A program made the position numbers and the translations under genes. Under the pieces are notes generated by a model. That model searched no databases. It worked only from the letters and a program-made list of their open reading frames with translations, and had not been told where the DNA came from. A stretch of DNA of 64,000 nucleotides, taken from the NCBI GenBank assembly GCA_963719515.1, contig CAVRCJ010000006.1, positions 384,001 to 448,000 of the forward strand. The letters are read 5' to 3'. Within the stretch, counting starts at the first letter, position 1. Every line of letters starts with the position of its first letter. Source of the DNA: an uncultured cyanobacterium (GTDB lineage Bacteria > Cyanobacteriota > Cyanobacteriia > CAKZMO01). Below are positions 59,320 through 64,000 of the stretch, one piece after another.

Positions 59320-60513
59320 ATGAATCTTCACCTTAACGTCCTCCAGCCTCAGTACGAGCGAGCGTTTCTCAACTGCGCTATTCGGTCCGACAGTCAGTCG
59401 CAGGTCGAGGCGATCGCCAATCAGATGGTTGGGCTGCGATCGCATTACGAAGCCGTAGAAGCAGAGACGGGAGTGCCCTGGTGGTTTGCCGGGATTTTGC
59501 ACTACCGGGAGTGGAATTTTCGGGAGCCTGAGCTGTTTGAGCGTAAAGCAGCAGAGGTTTTGATTGCCAAAAACTATCATCAGGCCCGTACGCGCACCTT
59601 AGGAGCCTACCTGTGGGGCTTTGACCTTTGGAACGGGTTTCGAGACGGCTCGGGTGAAGACTCCTCCTGGGTGTGGGCGGGCACCAACATTCTTGAAGAG
59701 GACACCCAAAAAATTGGGGTTGCCGCCATCCTGGTGTATCTGCAGAAGAGGAATATCATCGACATGCCTAAGCCCCAAAAGGGGGCGCGGCTGATAGTGC
59801 TTGCAGATACCACCTTTAAGGTCCGGCCCGAGCAGTCCTACCGCCTGAAGTCAGACGAGAAGATGGTCGTCAAGGCGGGGACTCAGCTCGAGGTGCTAGA
59901 AGACGATCCAGCGGAGGGCAACCACACCAAAATTGTGCTCCCCGATGGGGTACTGATGGGGCAGGATAGCCGCAGTGACTGGTATGTGTTCAGAGGGCAT
60001 GTGTCCATGGAGGGCACTGATCCAAAAAATCAGCCCAAGGACGAGCCCGAGGAGCCTGTCGCCTCGGTGGCTTCTGAAGACAAAGGAAACCCCATTACGG
60101 TGCCTAAGCTGGGCACCGTGTATCTCGGCAACCCCATCTTAGAAGGGGGGCATTTTAGCTGGGCTGAGGCCACTAAAAACGGGGCCCGCATTCCCGTAGA
60201 CGGGGGGGTTGTGGACGGCATCCTTAAAATTGCTGAGGTGATGGAAGAGGTGCGGGAGCATCTGGGCGATCGCTCCATTCGGGTTAACTCCTGGTACCGC
60301 GACCCGGTAACCAACCGCCGCGTGGGGGGAGCCAGCAAATCGCGCCACCTGAGCGGCGATGCGGTGGACTTTGTGGTGTCAGGCATCTCTCCGCCTCAGG
60401 TGAATCGTCAGCTCGAGTCCTGGTGGAACAGCCAGGGCGGTCTGGCCAGCGCCAGCAGCTTTACCCACCTCGACGCTCGCGGCTATCGCGCCCGCTGGTC
60501 ATACGGATTTTAG
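59320..60513 (+). CDS. peptidoglycan hydrolase: lysozyme-like N-terminus, SH3-like middle, peptidase M15A C-terminus
   Basis: YEAVEAETGVPWWFAGILHYRE; DTTFK...EK..VKAG...WYVFRGHV; NSWYR...N.RVGGA..SRHLSGDAVD...FTHLD (Zn ligands H, D, H). Start placed at MNLHLN. Confidence 0.85.
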   Translation: MNLHLNVLQPQYERAFLNCAIRSDSQSQVEAIANQMVGLRSHYEAVEAETGVPWWFAGILHYREWNFREPELFERKAAEVLIAKNYHQARTRTLGAYLWGFDLWNGFRDGSGEDSSWVWAGTNILEEDTQKIGVAAILVYLQKRNIIDMPKPQKGARLIVLADTTFKVRPEQSYRLKSDEKMVVKAGTQLEVLEDDPAEGNHTKIVLPDGVLMGQDSRSDWYVFRGHVSMEGTDPKNQPKDEPEEPVASVASEDKGNPITVPKLGTVYLGNPILEGGHFSWAEATKNGARIPVDGGVVDGILKIAEVMEEVREHLGDRSIRVNSWYRDPVTNRRVGGASKSRHLSGDAVDFVVSGISPPQVNRQLESWWNSQGGLASASSFTHLDARGYRARWSYGF

Positions 60514-60528
60514 TTAGAAAAAGTAGCC

Positions 60529-63500
60529 ATGAATAGCTTCCAAGATGCGTTTATCTCCTACGGACGCAAGGACAGCAAGGCGTTTGTCGCTCGCCTAAAT
60601 CAGCGGCTGTTGGCGGCGGGGTTAGAGATTTGGTTTGATTTTGACGACATTCCCCTGGGTGTGGACTTTCAAAATCAAATCGATGACGGCATTGAAAAAT
60701 CCCACAACTTTTTGTTTGTCATCTCTCCTCACGCCGTCAACTCTCCCTACTGCCGCAAGGAAATTGAGCTAGCGCTTCGCCACCGTAAGCGGGTTATCCC
60801 GCTACTGCACGTGGAAGAAGTAGACCGGGCAACCTGGGCAGCGCGATCGCCAGACGGTACCAATGAAGATTGGGACACCTATTGCGCTCAGGGACTGCAG
60901 TCTAGCTTTGTCAACATGCACTCCGACATCGCTAAGATCAACTGGGTCTATTTTCGCGAGGGGCAAGACGACTTTGAGGCTGCGTTTGCAGGGCTGTTGG
61001 ATATCATCGGCCGCCAGCAGGATTACGTGCATCAGCATACCTATCTGCTCAAGGATGCTCTCACCTGGGAGCGGCAGCAGCGGCAGCCTACCTACCTGCT
61101 GGGCAAAGACGCCGGGCGTGCCCACCAGTGGCTGACGAAGACGTTTGACGAGCAGCCCCCCTGCTTCGCTACTGATCTGCAGGCGGAGTTCATTACCGAA
61201 AGCCTAAAGCGGGTCAACGGGGGGATGACCCAGGTGTTTTTGTCCTACAGCGAGGAGAACCGGCTGCAGCGGGAAGTAATTCACCGTATTCTCCAGCGTC
61301 AGGGCTTCACGGTTTGGGTCAACACCACCGATATTCAGAGCGGTACGGATTTTGAGCAGGCGATTCGAGAAGGCGTAGAGCGGGCTGACACCGTCGTTTA
61401 TTTGCTCTCCCCCAATGCTTTGGCCTCCCAATACTGTCAGCAGGAGCTTGGCTTTGCCCAAACCTACAACAAGCGGATTATCCCACTGCTGATTCACCCT
61501 GTGGATGGGGTGGAGGTGCCCGATGAGCTGCGGGTCATTCAGTTTATCGACTTTCAAATGATTTCTGGGACTGATGAGGCAGAAGGCAGGGTCGAGGACG
61601 AGGCGGCGCAGGGGGCCATCGCCAAGCTGATTCAGGTGCTGCGGCAAGACGAAGACTATTATGACTGCCACAAGCGCACCCTAGTCAAGGCGTTGCACTG
61701 GGAGCGCAACCGACGCCGCAAGAAGCACCTGCTGCGGGGGAGCGCGTTTGCCGAGGCGGAAACCTGGCTGACGGCCAGTCGGCACCAGACGCTCCCGCCC
61801 ACTCGTCTGCAGGAAGCGTTTATCCAGGCTAGCCAGGACATCAACCGCTACTTTGACGCCTTTATCTCCTATGGACGCGCCGATAGTCTTCAGTTTGCGG
61901 TTCAAGTGCAAGAGCAGCTGAGCCAGCAGGGGCTAAGCGTCTGGCTCGATAAAAGCGACATTCCGGTGGGGGTCGACTATCAGGCTCAGATCAACGACGG
62001 CATCAGCAAGTCCCACAATTTCATTTTCATCATCTCCCCCCATGCGGTCCACTCCCCCTACTGCCTCAAGGAAATTGAGTTTGCCCTGAAGTTCAACAAG
62101 CGCATCGTGCCCCTGATGCACGTTGAAACCATTAGCTACGAGACCTGGCGGCAGCGCAACCCTGAGGGCACTTCGGCCCAGTGGAAAGATTACCAAGCGG
62201 CGGGGCGGCATACCGCACAGGGAAGCGTCCACTCCGAAATCAGCAAAATCAACTGGCTCTTTTTCCGTGAGGGGGTAGACGAGCCCGAAGCCGCGATCGC
62301 CAGCCTCATCGAGCTGCTGCGGCAGCATGAGCCGGTGGTTCATCTGCACACTGAGCTATTGCTCAAGGCGTTAGCCTGGGATACTCACCAGCGGCAGGCT
62401 CAGTATCTGCTCACCGGAGACGATCGGCGGGAGGCGGAAGCCTGGCTGACGGCAGACTTTGCGGAGGAGCAGCCTCCCTACCGACCCACCGACCTGCAGG
62501 CGGCGTTCATCACTGAAAGCATTAAAAGCGTTGACGGGACGACGCAGGTGTTTTTGTGCGCGGCGGACGAGTATGGGAATGAGGAGCCTTCAGCCTCAGA
62601 GGCACCGGCGGCGGACACTCCTATACTCCAGTCAGCTCAGATTCGGCGAGCCCTGCAGCGCTCGGGCATTCCCGTCTGGAATCCCCAAACAGATGTGCAG
62701 GCCGGGGAGAATTTACAGCGGGCGATCGCTCGCGGGGTTGAGGAGACCGACAGCGTTGTGTTTGTGATATCGCCTCAAGCGCTGGTAGAAACGGTGTGTC
62801 TTGAGATTTTAAACCAGGCATTTCAGCTCAACAAGCGCATCATTCCGGTGCAGCTGCAGGCCTTGGATAATCTGAAGCTGCCCTCGGTGCTCAAGTCGCT
62901 GCGGCCCATCGGGCTAGAGCGCGATGGCGGCGGGCTGACGGAACTGAGCGTCCAGCAGCTCGTGGGAGCTCTGCGTCAAGATGCGGTGTACTACCGCACC
63001 CACAAGCTGCTGCTGCGCAAAGCCCTCAAGTGGGAGCGGCAAAAATATAACCCCAGTATCTTACTGCGGGGCAAAGCGCTGCGGCGCTATGTCACCTGGC
63101 TCGACGTGGCGCAGCGCCGTGAGCATTCTCCCATTCCCATTCAGCAGCGCTTTGTCCGCGAAAGCCTGGACCAGCCCCCTAACCAGACCGTGGACGTGTT
63201 TATTGCCTCAGCTCCAGAGGACATCGAGTTTGCCCGCAGACTGAACCAAACCCTCCAGGTTCAAAGTAAGACCACTTGGTTTGAGCAAGAGCACCAGGCC
63301 ACCGAGGTCGACGCCCAAGGCGATGTTCGGCAGGCGATAGAAAACGCCGAAAACGTGGTGGTAGTGGTGTCTCCTAACTCGGTGGGCTCTGCCGCTGGCC
63401 TCAAAGAGCTAGAGCATGCAGAAGCCCTCAACAAGCGCGTTATTCCAGTGCTCTATCAAGAGGTGCTGATTTCGAAGCTGCCCCCCGTCTTAGAGAAGCG

Positions 63501-64000
63501 CTCGGCCATCGACTTCCGCGCCAACAGCGGCGACTTTTTGACCAACTTTGGCGAGCTCTACCGGGCCATTGAGAGCGAGCCCCAGCATATGTATCAGCAC
63601 ACGCGGCTGCTAGTGAAGGCGAAGGAGTGGCACGACGCAGGGCGAGACGACAGCTACCTGCTGCTGGGACGCGATCGCGATGAGGCGGTGGACTGGCTGG
63701 CGGCGGCTGACGCTAAGACCCCCTCGCCTACAGATCTGCACCGAGGCTACGTTAAGGCGAGTCAGCAGCTGCCGTTTCGCCGTATCAGGCGGCGCTTTGC
63801 GGTGCTCACCAGTCTGGCGGCGACCGTCTTGGTGGGCGGGCTGAGGTTGGTGGGCGGCCTGCAGGCGGCGGAGCTGCAGGCGTTCGATCACCTGCTGACG
63901 CTGCGGCCCAGTGAGCCCCAGGACGATCGCTTTTTGACGGTGACGGTGGATCAGTCGAGTGGCTCCTGGCTGCGGGAGCGCTTGATTGACGGCGACTACG
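60529..64000 (+). CDS. five-TIR / TM / CHASE2 protein, 3'-truncated by the window (>1157 aa, absent from the track)
   Basis: Hand translation open from ATG 60529 to the window end. TIR starts: DAFISY 60544, QVFLSY 61231, DAFISY 61855, QVFLCA 62545, DVFIAS 63193. TM about 63796-63855, then LQAAELQAFDHLLTLRP.EPQDDRFLTVTVD (CHASE2 start). Confidence 0.9.
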   Translation, partial: MNSFQDAFISYGRKDSKAFVARLNQRLLAAGLEIWFDFDDIPLGVDFQNQIDDGIEKSHNFLFVISPHAVNSPYCRKEIELALRHRKRVIPLLHVEEVDRATWAARSPDGTNEDWDTYCAQGLQSSFVNMHSDIAKINWVYFREGQDDFEAAFAGLLDIIGRQQDYVHQHTYLLKDALTWERQQRQPTYLLGKDAGRAHQWLTKTFDEQPPCFATDLQAEFITESLKRVNGGMTQVFLSYSEENRLQREVIHRILQRQGFTVWVNTTDIQSGTDFEQAIREGVERADTVVYLLSPNALASQYCQQELGFAQTYNKRIIPLLIHPVDGVEVPDELRVIQFIDFQMISGTDEAEGRVEDEAAQGAIAKLIQVLRQDEDYYDCHKRTLVKALHWERNRRRKKHLLRGSAFAEAETWLTASRHQTLPPTRLQEAFIQASQDINRYFDAFISYGRADSLQFAVQVQEQLSQQGLSVWLDKSDIPVGVDYQAQINDGISKSHNFIFIISPHAVHSPYCLKEIEFALKFNKRIVPLMHVETISYETWRQRNPEGTSAQWKDYQAAGRHTAQGSVHSEISKINWLFFREGVDEPEAAIASLIELLRQHEPVVHLHTELLLKALAWDTHQRQAQYLLTGDDRREAEAWLTADFAEEQPPYRPTDLQAAFITESIKSVDGTTQVFLCAADEYGNEEPSASEAPAADTPILQSAQIRRALQRSGIPVWNPQTDVQAGENLQRAIARGVEETDSVVFVISPQALVETVCLEILNQAFQLNKRIIPVQLQALDNLKLPSVLKSLRPIGLERDGGGLTELSVQQLVGALRQDAVYYRTHKLLLRKALKWERQKYNPSILLRGKALRRYVTWLDVAQRREHSPIPIQQRFVRESLDQPPNQTVDVFIASAPEDIEFARRLNQTLQVQSKTTWFEQEHQATEVDAQGDVRQAIENAENVVVVVSPNSVGSAAGLKELEHAEALNKRVIPVLYQEVLISKLPPVLEKRSAIDFRANSGDFLTNFGELYRAIESEPQHMYQHTRLLVKAKEWHDAGRDDSYLLLGRDRDEAVDWLAAADAKTPSPTDLHRGYVKASQQLPFRRIRRRFAVLTSLAATVLVGGLRLVGGLQAAELQAFDHLLTLRPSEPQDDRFLTVTVDQSSGSWLRERLIDGDY

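Larger units (their letters stand above)
1..64000. repeat. HIP1 palindromic octamer GCGATCGC dispersed through the window
   Basis: GCGATCGC recurs very often in genes and intergenic DNA (e.g. 257-264, 3361-3368, 10208-10215), a hallmark of many cyanobacterial genomes. Not counted exactly. Confidence 0.95.

Noticed and set aside
60802..63891. Short track ORFs on both strands in the last 3.2 kb
   Set aside because: Shadows of the uninterrupted penta-TIR frame starting at 60529.
1..64000. tRNA/rRNA genes, integrase or prophage structural genes
   Set aside because: None recognised by eye; the GH19 and M15 enzymes have no phage genes around them. A tRNAscan/Rfam run is needed to exclude small RNAs.

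Overview
A 64-kb chromosomal window from a cyanobacterium. Evidence: frequent HIP1 octamer GCGATCGC, kaiABC, nblS, ccmK3/K4, petG, cytM and Tic22; a PatX-like RGSGR peptide suggests a filamentous lineage. About 50 kb is core genes plus a Wzx/Wzy polysaccharide cluster with a sulfotransferase. Highlights: (1) at 53.8-64 kb, a divergent five-gene locus encodes a tandem-SLATT/DRHyd/TPR/SLOG-like protein, a SLATT(DUF4231)-GH19 lysozyme fusion, a small coiled-coil protein, an M15 peptidoglycan peptidase, and a >1157-aa protein absent from the ORF track with five TIR domains, a TM helix and a CHASE2 start. It is a candidate nucleotide-signalling conflict or programmed-lysis system. (2) A decayed IS200/IS605 element (42995-45158) sits in the last codon of kaiC, and its right end supplies the kaiC stop codon. 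(3) A 392-bp non-coding IS605-type mini-element (44067-44458) is nested in that tnpB; its predicted omegaRNA guide would match intact copies of the host tnpB. (4) Smaller items: a patX-like gene with a DIF1-like promoter, a bCerS/YghO-like GNAT coupled to a reductase, an RBS-sequestering structured leader, and a dispersed ~63-bp repeat. All domain calls are by-eye motif recognition; no searches were run.
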